Assembly: GCA_047602655.1 (NCBI GenBank) | Contig: JASGGT010000001.1 | Location: 5,453 to 69,452 of the forward strand | Reading direction: 5' to 3' | From: Desulfovibrio sp. | GTDB lineage: Bacteria > Desulfobacterota > Desulfovibrionia > Desulfovibrionales > Desulfovibrionaceae | Length of the DNA stretch: 64,000 nucleotides | Shown here: positions 53,780 to 62,256 of the stretch, one piece after another | How the letters are laid out: every line of letters begins with the position of its first letter | How positions within the stretch are numbered: position 1 is the stretch's first letter | The notes under the pieces: model-generated | What the model was told of the DNA's origin: nothing | Seen by the model: the letters and a program-made list of their open reading frames with translations, nothing else | Databases searched by the model: none | Made by a program: the position numbers and the translations under genes

Positions 53780-54783
53780 TGGACGATTGCCTTCTTCTTG
53801 ATGCTGGCAGCGGCGGCAGAGCCTCGCAGCGCCTTATTGCCCAGTGTTTCATGCGTCATTTTGCCAATCCCCTGCTGGAGCGCATGGACGATGCGGCTCT
53901 TTTGACCGATATTTCTGGCCCGCTGGCCATGAGCACCGATTCCTACACGGTGACGCCCCTGTTTTTCGCAGGCGGCAGCATTGGCAGTCTGGCAGTGCAT
54001 GGTACCGTCAACGATGTCGCCATGCTGGGGGCACGGCCCCGCTACCTGAGCTGCGGATTCATCCTTGAAGAAGGCCTGCCCCTCGAAACCCTCGAGCGCG
54101 TCGTGGCCGACATGGGCGCAGCAGCCCGCGAGGCAGGGGTGAGCATTGTGACGGGCGACACCAAGGTTGTGCCGCGCGGTGCTTGCGACAAGATTTTCAT
54201 CAATACCACTGGCATCGGGCAGGTATTTGCCTCGCCCTCGCCCTCGGGCCACAATGCCCGGCCCGGCGATGTGGTGCTGGTCAGCGGAGCCATGGGCGAC
54301 CACGGCCTCACTGTCATGGGCAGTCGCGAAGGCTTGTCCTTCCTTACGGACGTGGCCTCGGACTCCGCCCCGCTGAACCACATGATTGAAGACATCATCA
54401 ACACGGTGGGCGAGGTGCACGTGCTGCGCGACCCCACGCGCGGCGGGCTTGCCACAACGCTCAATGAAATCGCCGAGCAGTCGCAGGTGTCCATCCTGCT
54501 TGAGGAGGCCAGCGTTCCCGTTCACGAGGCCGTGCGCAACGGCTGTTCCTTCCTCGGCATGGATCCGCTGTACCTTGCTAACGAGGGCAAGTGCATTTGT
54601 ATTGTGCCCGAAAGCAGCGCCGAAGCAGCCCTTGAGGCCATGCGCCGCTCGCCCTACGGCAAGGAAGCGGCCCGCATCGGCACAGTAACGGAAGGCAAGG
54701 CGCAGGTGGCGCTGCAAACCCGCATAGGGGGCCGCCGCCTGCTGGGTATGCTGGAGGGCGCGCAGTTGCCCCGCATCTGTTAG
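53779..54783 (+). CDS. hypE: hydrogenase maturation carbamoyl dehydratase HypE
   Basis: AIR-synthase-like fold (DDAALL...TTDSYTV, GDTKVV) and the conserved C-terminal PRIC. TAATG overlap with hypD. Confidence 0.9.
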   Translation: MDDCLLLDAGSGGRASQRLIAQCFMRHFANPLLERMDDAALLTDISGPLAMSTDSYTVTPLFFAGGSIGSLAVHGTVNDVAMLGARPRYLSCGFILEEGLPLETLERVVADMGAAAREAGVSIVTGDTKVVPRGACDKIFINTTGIGQVFASPSPSGHNARPGDVVLVSGAMGDHGLTVMGSREGLSFLTDVASDSAPLNHMIEDIINTVGEVHVLRDPTRGGLATTLNEIAEQSQVSILLEEASVPVHEAVRNGCSFLGMDPLYLANEGKCICIVPESSAEAALEAMRRSPYGKEAARIGTVTEGKAQVALQTRIGGRRLLGMLEGAQLPRIC

Positions 54784-54927
54784 GGCGTGCCACTACGGTT
54801 CTTTTGCCCCCTCCCCACGTCAGAAAGACTTTTTATTCCGGTCGAGTAGCATCCGCGCTACACGCCCCTTATAAAAACGCTTTCTTCCTTGGCAGGAGAC
54901 AAAACACCTCGTAGTGCAACAACCCTG
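54781..54927 (+). mobile_element. MITE-like element, copy 2
   Basis: Starts with TAGGGCGTGCCACTACGG, and its TAG is the hypE stop. Ends with CCTCGTAGTGCAACAACCCTG. The core GTCAGAAAGACTTTTTATTCCGGTCGA...ATAAAAACGCTTTCTTCCTTGGCAGGAGA aligns with copy 1. Confidence 0.65.
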
Positions 54928-55050
54928 GAATAACTTGCCCCGATAATTTTCCAAAGCAATCCGAAAGCAGAGATAGTTACGGAGAGTCCCCTGAAACTGT
55001 TGTCTTTGTTTCAACCGAATGCAGGAGTCTCCTGCCTGAAAGGAAATAGT

Positions 55051-55242
55051 ATGGATTCCACCTATCAGCGCGCCATGAACGCCAATGTGACCCCGCAGAT
55101 TTTTTCCACCATGGTGAGCAATGCGCAAAAGGTGGCCGAAGCCTTTGCCGGTTCCGGCTCCACCACTGTGGATGCAGAGAGCATTGCCGCCGTGTTCAGC
55201 CGCATGGTGGTTGCCCAGATCGAAATGTTTGAAAAAAAATAG
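55051..55242 (+). CDS. small protein of unknown function (63 aa)
   Basis: AAGGA RBS 7 nt upstream and GC-rich third positions. MDSTYQRAMNANVTPQIFSTMVSNAQKVAEAF... No recognisable motif. Confidence 0.45.
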   Translation: MDSTYQRAMNANVTPQIFSTMVSNAQKVAEAFAGSGSTTVDAESIAAVFSRMVVAQIEMFEKK

Positions 55243-55296
55243 CCTTCCGTTCACAGGAGGCGAGGGAAGGGTGAACAACCTCCTGGAACATTACAT

Positions 55297-56085
55297 CTAA
55301 TTCACCCAGGGCGACATGTCCGCCCCCTTGCGCAGGGCCTCGCGCACTTCAGACCAATGCCTTTCCATATCTTCCAGCCGGGCCAGCAGTACATCCTCCG
55401 CCGGGGTGCGCGCCAGCACTGCGGCCACGGCCCCCTGCTCGAACACCAGCCGCCTGTCTGCCGCCAAGGCCAGCACAGGATCGTGCGTTGCCATGACAAT
55501 AATCTTGTCCGAGGCCAGCAGCAGATCAAGGGCCTTGCGCTTGTCCACTCCGGCATTTTCAATTTCGTCAATGAGCAGCACGGGCGACCAGCTGAGCAGG
55601 GCTGTATCCGCAATCATCAGGGCGCGCGACTGCCCGCCGGAAAGCTGGGTCAACTGCGTATACCCGTCAAAGGATTCACCAGCCAGTTCGTTGGCGGCGG
55701 CAAAAACCCTGGCCGCAGCGGTTTCGGGGTCTGCCACCTCGCGGCTCAGGGCGTGGGTGCGCAAAAAATCCATCACGCCCATGTCCAGCACAAAATTCAT
55801 GTTCTGGGTCAGCTGGGCCACCAACCTCCCCTGTAGATCAAAGCGCGTGTCTTCATCGGGTTCCGCGCCGTTGAGCAGCACGGTGCGGCCCGTTGGCGTA
55901 TCGCCTGCGGCCAGTGACTCAATATCGCTCAAAAAGCGGCTCTTGCCTGCACCTGTTGGCCCCAGCAGGGCCGTAATTTCACCGGGGCGGAAGTGAATAT
56001 CCATTTTTTCCGGCTGGCCTGTCTTGGCGCGCCCAGGGGTCAGGCTCAGGCTGCGCAGGGCCAGTTCCATGTTTTCACGCTCCAT
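55297..56085 (-). CDS. ABC-type ATPase with no cognate permease
   Basis: Walker A GPTGAGKS, signature LSGGQSRAL, Walker B VLLIDEIE, H-loop MATHD. ATG at 56085 lies 6 nt after GGAG and overlaps the upstream GTPase gene end by 11 nt. Confidence 0.8.
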   Translation of the reverse strand: MERENMELALRSLSLTPGRAKTGQPEKMDIHFRPGEITALLGPTGAGKSRFLSDIESLAAGDTPTGRTVLLNGAEPDEDTRFDLQGRLVAQLTQNMNFVLDMGVMDFLRTHALSREVADPETAAARVFAAANELAGESFDGYTQLTQLSGGQSRALMIADTALLSWSPVLLIDEIENAGVDKRKALDLLLASDKIIVMATHDPVLALAADRRLVFEQGAVAAVLARTPAEDVLLARLEDMERHWSEVREALRKGADMSPWVN

Positions 56086-56776
56086 GGCCTTCTCCAAATT
56101 CCGCCTTTTTGACGTTGCCCTTCTGGTAGCGCGCGCCGATGCGCATTTCGCTCAGGCAATAGGAGCAGATGGCCGCGGGCATGGCAAAGCGCAGCCGCAT
56201 GTCGGTTACGGAGGCAATGTCCGGGGCAACAGCCATGATGGCGGCAAGCTCCGCGCAGCCCTGCCCGGTCAGGCCGTTCACGTGGCGGATAACGGCCCGC
56301 TGGTTCATCTGCCGGATGCGGTAGCGGTAGACCTCGCGCTCTGCCTGCGACACAAGATCGCCCTTGGTCACGGCCACCACATCGGCCAGCCGCAGCATGG
56401 GGCCGATTTTTTCCGGCGCGTCTATGCCCATGAGGTTGTCGATGACGCACAGGGCCAAGGCCCCGCGCAGATGGGGCGAACAGCGGTTGCACAGGCCTGC
56501 AGTTTCAATAATGCAGATGTCGGCCCCGGTTTCCGCGGCCCAGGCAAAGGCTTCTTCCAGATTGGTGGCAAAGAAATGGTCGGGGCAGAGCCCGCCGGAA
56601 AGCGCGACGGAAACGGGAATATCCGCCGCCGCGTAGAGTTCGTCATCGCGGGTCTGCAGGCAGTCAAACTTGATGACGGCGCAGGTTGCGCCCCGCGCCC
56701 TCAGAGCCGCGCCAGCCCTGACCACAAGCGATGTTTTGCCGCACGCGGGCGGCCCCGCCACGGTTATGAGACGCAT
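56075..56776 (-). CDS. G3E-family (CobW/HypB/UreG-like) P-loop GTPase
   Basis: 233 aa with Walker A GPPACGKTS, ICIIETAG, and G4 motif TKGD. Cys/His-rich motifs GGLCPDH, GLCNRCSPH and the C-terminal CSYC. The start overlaps the upstream gene by 13 nt. Confidence 0.7.
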   Translation of the reverse strand: MRLITVAGPPACGKTSLVVRAGAALRARGATCAVIKFDCLQTRDDELYAAADIPVSVALSGGLCPDHFFATNLEEAFAWAAETGADICIIETAGLCNRCSPHLRGALALCVIDNLMGIDAPEKIGPMLRLADVVAVTKGDLVSQAEREVYRYRIRQMNQRAVIRHVNGLTGQGCAELAAIMAVAPDIASVTDMRLRFAMPAAICSYCLSEMRIGARYQKGNVKKAEFGEGHGA

Positions 56777-57780
56777 GCCGTGCCCGCCTGCAACCGCCGG
56801 AACTTCAAGGCTAGGATATCGCGCAGGCTGTTCACGTCGTTGCTTTCCACAAAATCCCAGCCCACCCATTTGAGCTTTGCCCCTGCGGGCAACTGCGAGG
56901 GGCGCGAACCGTCCACGGGGATGAACCAGGCGGCGCTGTCTATACCGCCAAAGCCATTGGCAAAAAAGTCCAGCACCGGTGCCAGACGCTCTTTTTCTGA
57001 TTTTTTTGCCAGCAGATAGAGGGGGCTTGCGGCTGCGCCGTCCTCGGGCCAGACAATTTCCACATGCTCCGGCAGTTTGGTGCTTTCGGCAAAAAACAGG
57101 GGAATGATAAAGATGCCCCCGGCATCGGGAGCGGCGGTGCCGCAGACCTTTGCCATGCGCGAGGAATGCATGAAGCTTTTGATGTTGGCGGCAAGCCCGG
57201 TAACGCCCGGTTCGCCAAAATCCTTGTACTGGTTGAGCAGCACGGCATCGGCCATGTCGTCGCCATCGCCGCACATGACAATCTGCCCGCGATAGCGTGG
57301 GTTCATGAGGTCTGCCCAGTTTTTCGGGGCTGGCAGACCGTCCAGCTTTTTGTGATCCACCAGAAAAATGTATGGGGTCACGCCGTAGATGGTATAGGCC
57401 CCGGCAGGGTCAATCAGCCCGGCATCGGCATACAGGGGATTCAGCACACGGGGCTGCACACTTTCAAAAAAACCCGTGCTGACAAAACGCCGCACAAATT
57501 CGCCGCGCCAGAAGTCGCCGTAGCCAATGGACGCTATAACGGCTGGCAGTTTGTTTGCGTCCGATTCCATATACAGCGGATCATAAGGATCAACTGAAGT
57601 GCAGCCCATGGGGATATGCGCCGTCAGGGGCGGGTTTGCCGCTGTGGCAATGGCCTCGATGCGCTCCTTGACCACAAGCTTTACCGGGCAGGGGGCATAG
57701 AGCAGCAGGTCTGTTTTGCCTATGACGGGGATGTCGTCCTGTTGCTGCAATGACTGCATGAGATGTTCAAGCCTTTTCAT
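56764..57780 (-). CDS. periplasmic-binding-protein-fold (ABC SBP-like) protein without a signal peptide
   Basis: 338 aa from ATG 57780 (AAGAGG RBS). Body resembles Fe3+/thiamine/polyamine-type SBPs (YGVTPYIFLVDHKKL...NWADLMNPRYRGQIVM...). The longer track ORF adds an AT-rich, non-coding-looking N-terminus. Confidence 0.6.
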   Translation of the reverse strand: MKRLEHLMQSLQQQDDIPVIGKTDLLLYAPCPVKLVVKERIEAIATAANPPLTAHIPMGCTSVDPYDPLYMESDANKLPAVIASIGYGDFWRGEFVRRFVSTGFFESVQPRVLNPLYADAGLIDPAGAYTIYGVTPYIFLVDHKKLDGLPAPKNWADLMNPRYRGQIVMCGDGDDMADAVLLNQYKDFGEPGVTGLAANIKSFMHSSRMAKVCGTAAPDAGGIFIIPLFFAESTKLPEHVEIVWPEDGAAASPLYLLAKKSEKERLAPVLDFFANGFGGIDSAAWFIPVDGSRPSQLPAGAKLKWVGWDFVESNDVNSLRDILALKFRRLQAGTACVS

Positions 57781-57822
57781 GGCGCCTCTTTCCGCAAAAA
57801 GTTTGGGAACCACTCTGGGTAG

Positions 57823-57838
57823 AGCAAGGAGCATGCCG
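57823..57838 (-). promoter_or_regulatory. sigma54 (-24/-12) promoter
   Basis: The minus strand reads CGGCAT-GCTCC-TTGCT, with GG and GC at the correct spacing (consensus TGGCAC-N5-TTGCW). It lies about 45 nt upstream of the ATG at 57780. Confidence 0.55.
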
Positions 57839-57902
57839 GTCATCAAGGATGTACAACACACGGAGATATAACATAATTTACTTTTCATTCACTAGAATCC
57901 GG

Positions 57903-57941
57903 ACAATATTGTATCGCCGCCTTACCGCGATACAATATTGT
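57903..57941. promoter_or_regulatory. palindromic upstream activator-type site (two ACAATATTGT boxes)
   Basis: ACAATATTGTATCGC-N9-GCGATACAATATTGT, a perfect 15-bp inverted repeat centred about 95 bp upstream of the -12 element. Each arm contains the self-palindrome ACAATATTGT. Confidence 0.5.
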
Positions 57942-57984
57942 ACGCATTCAGATAGAGCCTCGATCTGCTGCCAGAGCGTCCCCA

Positions 57985-58383
57985 GGGCTGTCTCTAAATA
58001 AATGATTTTGCGCCAAGGGCAAGAAAAAGGCTTTTTTACGAAAGGAATGTACTTGCTTCAGCCGTTGCTTAAGGCGTTGCGACACAGGCTTAAAGCGTTG
58101 TGACGCAGGAAACTACGCTTGAAGACAGCAGGTGTAACGACACAGTTACATCGTTGCAATCGCTGTCGCCATCCGTACGCCCTGCGGGCAACGGCTGCCG
58201 CGAAGCTACGCCTGAAGACAGCATGCGTAACGACACAGTCCGTTCCATGCAATCGCTGTCGCCATCCGTAAGGCCTTCGGCCAACGGCTGCCGCGAAGAC
58301 AGCAGCGCTGAAGGTACATGACTGGAGTAAAAAATGGCCTTTTGACGCAGCCAGTTGGACAAAGAATTATTTAGAGACAGCCC
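57985..58383. mobile_element. 399-bp non-coding element with 17-bp perfect terminal inverted repeats
   Basis: GGGCTGTCTCTAAATAA (57985-58001) and TTATTTAGAGACAGCCC (58367-58383). The end next to mntH reads TAGGGGCTGT on the minus strand, resembling the TIR start of the 150-bp family. Confidence 0.6.
58121..58309 (+). repeat. about 93-bp tandem repeat, 2 copies, inside the 399-bp element
   Basis: GAAGACAGCAGGTGTAACGACACAG...CAATCGCTGTCGCCATCCGTA...AACGGCTGCCGCGAAG occurs twice (58121-58213 and 58214 to about 58309). Each copy holds a short GC hairpin (GCCC-TGC-GGGC or GGCC-TTC-GGCC). Confidence 0.75.
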
Positions 58384-59649
58384 CTAATCCAGAGCGCTGA
58401 CAAGCAGCATTATGTTCAGCACGGTCACGATGCCGGTCAGGGTGTAGAGCAGCAGCTTTGTGCCCCTGCCGTTGGCGTATTTGCCCATGACCTTGGGGGA
58501 CGACGTCAGCGCCACCAGAGAAACCATGGTAATGGGCAACTGCACGGAAAGGGCCATCTGCGAGAGCAGCAGCCCCTTGAAGGGATCGCTGGTCAGCCAG
58601 ATAAGCACAAGGCCGCAGCCCAGCGAGCCAACAATGCCCATGACGCTGTGCTTGTCCCTGGTATTGTAGGGTTCCCCCGCCATGCCCGAGGTCATGATGC
58701 CTCCCGCCATGCCCGAGGTGACGGACGAGGCCACCCCGGCGAACAGCAGAGCTACGGCAAAAATCACCGAGGCGTTTTCGCCCAGTAGGGGTTTGAGCAG
58801 ATCGCGCGCCTGTTCCAGTTCCGTCACATGTTCCCCGGCTGTCCAGAACACCGCAGCAGCCAGAATGATCATGGCGCTGTTGATGGCCCAGCCAACCAGC
58901 ATGGCAAAAAGCGTGTCGAAAAATTCATAGTCGAGCCGTTTTTTGATAAAGGCATCGCCCTCAAGATTCCACTGGCGGCTCTGAATAATTTCGGAATGCA
59001 AAAAAAGATTGTGCGGCATGACCACCGCGCCAAGCACGCTCATGATCACCAGCATGGAACCTTCGGGAAAGGCTGGCATCACCCAGCCCACGGCAGCCTG
59101 CGGGAGCCATCCGGCGGGCACCAGCCAAAGCTCGTACAAAAAGGCGATGCCGATCAGCGACACAAAACCGATGATCCATTTTTCAACCTTGTTGTACGAA
59201 TTGAACAGCAAAAGGCCGCCAGCGAGCAGGGCTGTGAGGGTAGCGCCGATAGGCAGAGGAATGGAAAAAAGCATGCGCAGGGCAATGGCCCCGCCCAGGA
59301 TTTCTGCCATGCTGGTCATGACCGAAGCACCAAAGGCGCTAAACAGCACAAGACGGCCAATGGTGCAGGGAAAGTACTCCGTTATGGCCTCGGCCATGCA
59401 CTTGCCCGTCACAATGCCAAGGTGCGCCGCATTGTGCTGCAAAACGATGAGCATAAAGGTAGAAAGGCTCACCATCCACAGCAGGGAATAACCGTATTCC
59501 GCTCCGGCGGCCAGATTGGCGGCCCAGTTGCCAGGGTCGATAAATCCAACTGTCACCAGTAGCCCGGGCCCCACAAATTTGAGGAACTCTTCACCCTTGT
59601 GCGCAATGCCCGACACATTGCATTTGCTCCAAAAGCTTGTCGCGTTCAT
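58384..59649 (-). CDS. mntH: Nramp-family divalent metal (Mn2+/Fe2+) transporter
   Basis: FVGPGLLVTVGFIDPGNWAANL and VMPHNLFLHSE are Nramp signature regions. 421 aa. Confidence 0.9.
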   Translation of the reverse strand: MNATSFWSKCNVSGIAHKGEEFLKFVGPGLLVTVGFIDPGNWAANLAAGAEYGYSLLWMVSLSTFMLIVLQHNAAHLGIVTGKCMAEAITEYFPCTIGRLVLFSAFGASVMTSMAEILGGAIALRMLFSIPLPIGATLTALLAGGLLLFNSYNKVEKWIIGFVSLIGIAFLYELWLVPAGWLPQAAVGWVMPAFPEGSMLVIMSVLGAVVMPHNLFLHSEIIQSRQWNLEGDAFIKKRLDYEFFDTLFAMLVGWAINSAMIILAAAVFWTAGEHVTELEQARDLLKPLLGENASVIFAVALLFAGVASSVTSGMAGGIMTSGMAGEPYNTRDKHSVMGIVGSLGCGLVLIWLTSDPFKGLLLSQMALSVQLPITMVSLVALTSSPKVMGKYANGRGTKLLLYTLTGIVTVLNIMLLVSALD

Positions 59650-59951
59650 GCAAAACCTTCCCGATCTTTAATTTGATTAACCGGCGGCACGCAGCCTGAC
59701 CGCGCAGCAACACCGGATGCAGACGTATTGCAACCTGACGGTATACGCACTCATGGGCAGCAGGCAAGCGCGACCTGCCCCACTTGCGCGCACGGGGGAT
59801 AATGCGTATGTGTCGCCATCCCCCATCGCCTTTTTCATGTTACATTTGCATTTCAGATATTAAGCTTCTGGAAAACAAACCGATAGCTTAGTATGCGTCA
59901 GATCCGCCAGGCTGGACGCACGTCCATTTCAGATTGAGCAGGAGCCTTGCT

Positions 59952-62042
59952 ATGACTATCAGACTGCGCGTTATCCTGGGATTCCTTTTTACAATTATTG
60001 TGATGGCAGCAGGCACCCTGCCCTTCATGGTCATGACCATGCGCAACAATGCAGAGGAAAGCTATATTTCCAGCTCCTCAACCCAGTTGCGCCTCATGAA
60101 CAACTATGTGGAAACATTCATCAGCGGGGCAGAACGCGACGTTGCCCTGCTGGCGCAGGAACCCTACATTGCTGAAGCTGTGGGGCTTTTTCCAAACTTC
60201 TCCAACAATAAAGAAGCGGACGTTTTTCTTCGCGCCGATCTCTCGGTAGACGCCTTCAAAACCGTTCAGCCTCTGGTGCGGCTTGACGAAGGCTCCGAAG
60301 ATTACGTGGAAGCCTACGCGGGCTACACTGACGGCAGCTACGCCACCTCTGCCGACAATGCCAAGGTGCCCGCTGGCTACAACACCAGCAAACGCCCCTG
60401 GTACACGCAGCGCGCGGCTTCGGCGCAAAAGGTGGGTCTGGCCGACAGCTACCTTTCCATCACTGGCGAACTTGTGGTGGCCATCACGCACAAAATGTTT
60501 TCGCGCCGGGGCGACTTTACAGGCGTTCTGGGCATTGACGTTTCGCTCAACGGCCTGTCGCAGCGTTTTGCCGAACTCAATTTCGGCAAGACCGGCTACT
60601 TCATGCTGCTTGAGAACACGGGGCGCATCCTCTGCGACCCGCGCGACAAGGATATGACGGGCAAGATCATCGGCAAGGATGTGCAGGACGCCGGCCTTGT
60701 GAAGCTCTTCCAAACCAAGGACGGCTCTCTGCAAACCGTTGTGAACGGGCAGGAAGTGCGCGCCAGTGTGCTCACCACGCCGCACGGCTGGAAAATTCTC
60801 ATGCTCCAGTCCGAAGAAGAAATTTTTGCGGCCACCAACACCGCAGTGCGCGCCAGCGTAATCATTACCCTCAGCGTGGCCCTGATCATGCTTCTGATCG
60901 CCTGGACCATAGCGAGATCAATCAATCGGCCCCTGAGCCTTATTGTTAAAGAGGCCGACAAGGTCGCCACCGGCGATCTCAACGTGAACCTTGACGCCCG
61001 GCAGTTCTACGGTGAACTGGCAGAACTGCACGCTGCCCTGCTGAACATGGTGAGCAATCTGCAGGAAATGATCACCACCGCCCGCCAGAAGGGCGAGGAG
61101 GCCGAACAGCAGACAGCCCTTGCAAAAGCCGCCACAGAGCAGGCCGAAGAAGCCCGCAAAGAGGCGGAAAACGCCCGCCGCGAGGGCATGCTCTCTGCCG
61201 CCGTGCAGCTGGAAGAAGTGGTGAAGGTCATATCCTCGGCGTCAAACGAGCTTGAAGCCCACATCGGCCAGGCCAACCACCTTTCGAGCGAATCGGCCCT
61301 GCGCCTCGGCGATGCGGCCACAGCCATGAACCAGATGAACGCAACCGTGCGCGAAGTGGCGAGCAACGCCTCGTCCGCTTCAGACATGTCTGACCAGACC
61401 AGAGCCAATGCCGAAAACGGCGAAAAAATCGTGCAGCAGGCCCTGCAAAGCATTGACCGCGTGCACTCGGTTTCCATGGCGCTCAAGGATGACATGGGCA
61501 CGCTCAACGAGCATGCCCAGGCCATCAGCCGCATCATGAACGTTATTTCAGACATAGCCGACCAGACCAACCTGCTGGCCCTCAACGCCGCCATTGAAGC
61601 CGCCCGCGCTGGCGAGGCCGGGCGGGGATTTGCCGTGGTGGCCGATGAAGTGCGCAAACTGGCGGAAAAGACCATGGCTTCCACCAACGATGTGGGCAAC
61701 GCCATTGCGGCCATCCAGCAAAGCACATCCAAGAGCGTGCAAAGCATGGACAACGCCCTTGAACAGGTGCAGACCGCCACAACGTTCGCCAACAAATCGG
61801 GCGAAGCCCTGCGCGAGATCGTCAACAACGCGCTTTCCACAGCCGATCAGGTGCGCGCCATCGCAACTGCCAGCGAGGAACAGTCCGCAAGCAGCGAAGA
61901 GATCAACAAGTCCATTCTTGAGGTCAACGAGCGCTCCGAGCAGACGGCCCACGCCATGAACGCCGCTTCCGGCTCTGTGGCGGATCTGGCAACTCAGGCG
62001 AGTACCCTGAGCAAGCTGGTGGCCGACATGAAGCGCGGCTAA
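59952..62042 (+). CDS. methyl-accepting chemotaxis protein with a dCache-type sensor, HAMP and MA domains
   Basis: TM helix, a periplasmic region of about 270 aa (KRPWYTQ...), a second TM helix, HAMP, then the signalling hairpin ([39 protein letters not shown]). ATG at 59952 follows AGGAG. Confidence 0.9.
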   Translation: MTIRLRVILGFLFTIIVMAAGTLPFMVMTMRNNAEESYISSSSTQLRLMNNYVETFISGAERDVALLAQEPYIAEAVGLFPNFSNNKEADVFLRADLSVDAFKTVQPLVRLDEGSEDYVEAYAGYTDGSYATSADNAKVPAGYNTSKRPWYTQRAASAQKVGLADSYLSITGELVVAITHKMFSRRGDFTGVLGIDVSLNGLSQRFAELNFGKTGYFMLLENTGRILCDPRDKDMTGKIIGKDVQDAGLVKLFQTKDGSLQTVVNGQEVRASVLTTPHGWKILMLQSEEEIFAATNTAVRASVIITLSVALIMLLIAWTIARSINRPLSLIVKEADKVATGDLNVNLDARQFYGELAELHAALLNMVSNLQEMITTARQKGEEAEQQTALAKAATEQAEEARKEAENARREGMLSAAVQLEEVVKVISSASNELEAHIGQANHLSSESALRLGDAATAMNQMNATVREVASNASSASDMSDQTRANAENGEKIVQQALQSIDRVHSVSMALKDDMGTLNEHAQAISRIMNVISDIADQTNLLALNAAIEAARAGEAGRGFAVVADEVRKLAEKTMASTNDVGNAIAAIQQSTSKSVQSMDNALEQVQTATTFANKSGEALREIVNNALSTADQVRAIATASEEQSASSEEINKSILEVNERSEQTAHAMNAASGSVADLATQASTLSKLVADMKRG

Positions 62043-62070
62043 CGCGCCCAATACCTTGCAACACCCATCG

Positions 62071-62105
62071 GGGCGTCCACCATGCAAAGGCGGACGCCCT
62101 TTTTA
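62071..62105 (+). terminator. rho-independent terminator
   Basis: GGGCGTCC...GGACGCCC followed by TTTTTAT. Confidence 0.75.
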
Positions 62106-62256
62106 TTGGTGTGCGCCAAATGCGGCAGAGCTTTGCCCGGCGCATGTGCAACTACAGGCTTGCGCCACGCAATTGTAACAAATCCATCATACATAACAGT
62201 CGTAAGCGCGGGTAGTTATTGCCCAGATGTTTACGCCAATGCCACGGGAGCACACG

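Noticed and set aside
58121-58309. Tandem repeats as a possible CRISPR array
   Set aside because: There are only two units of about 93 bp in direct contact, with no spacers and no cas genes. The units lie inside a TIR-bounded element.
59794-59825. GGGGGAT...ATCCCCC hairpin containing GATAATGCGTAT as a possible Fur/MntR box upstream of mntH
   Set aside because: It is only a half-site-level resemblance to a Fur box, and the location relative to the mntH start (about 150 nt) is uninformative without a promoter. This is too weak to call.
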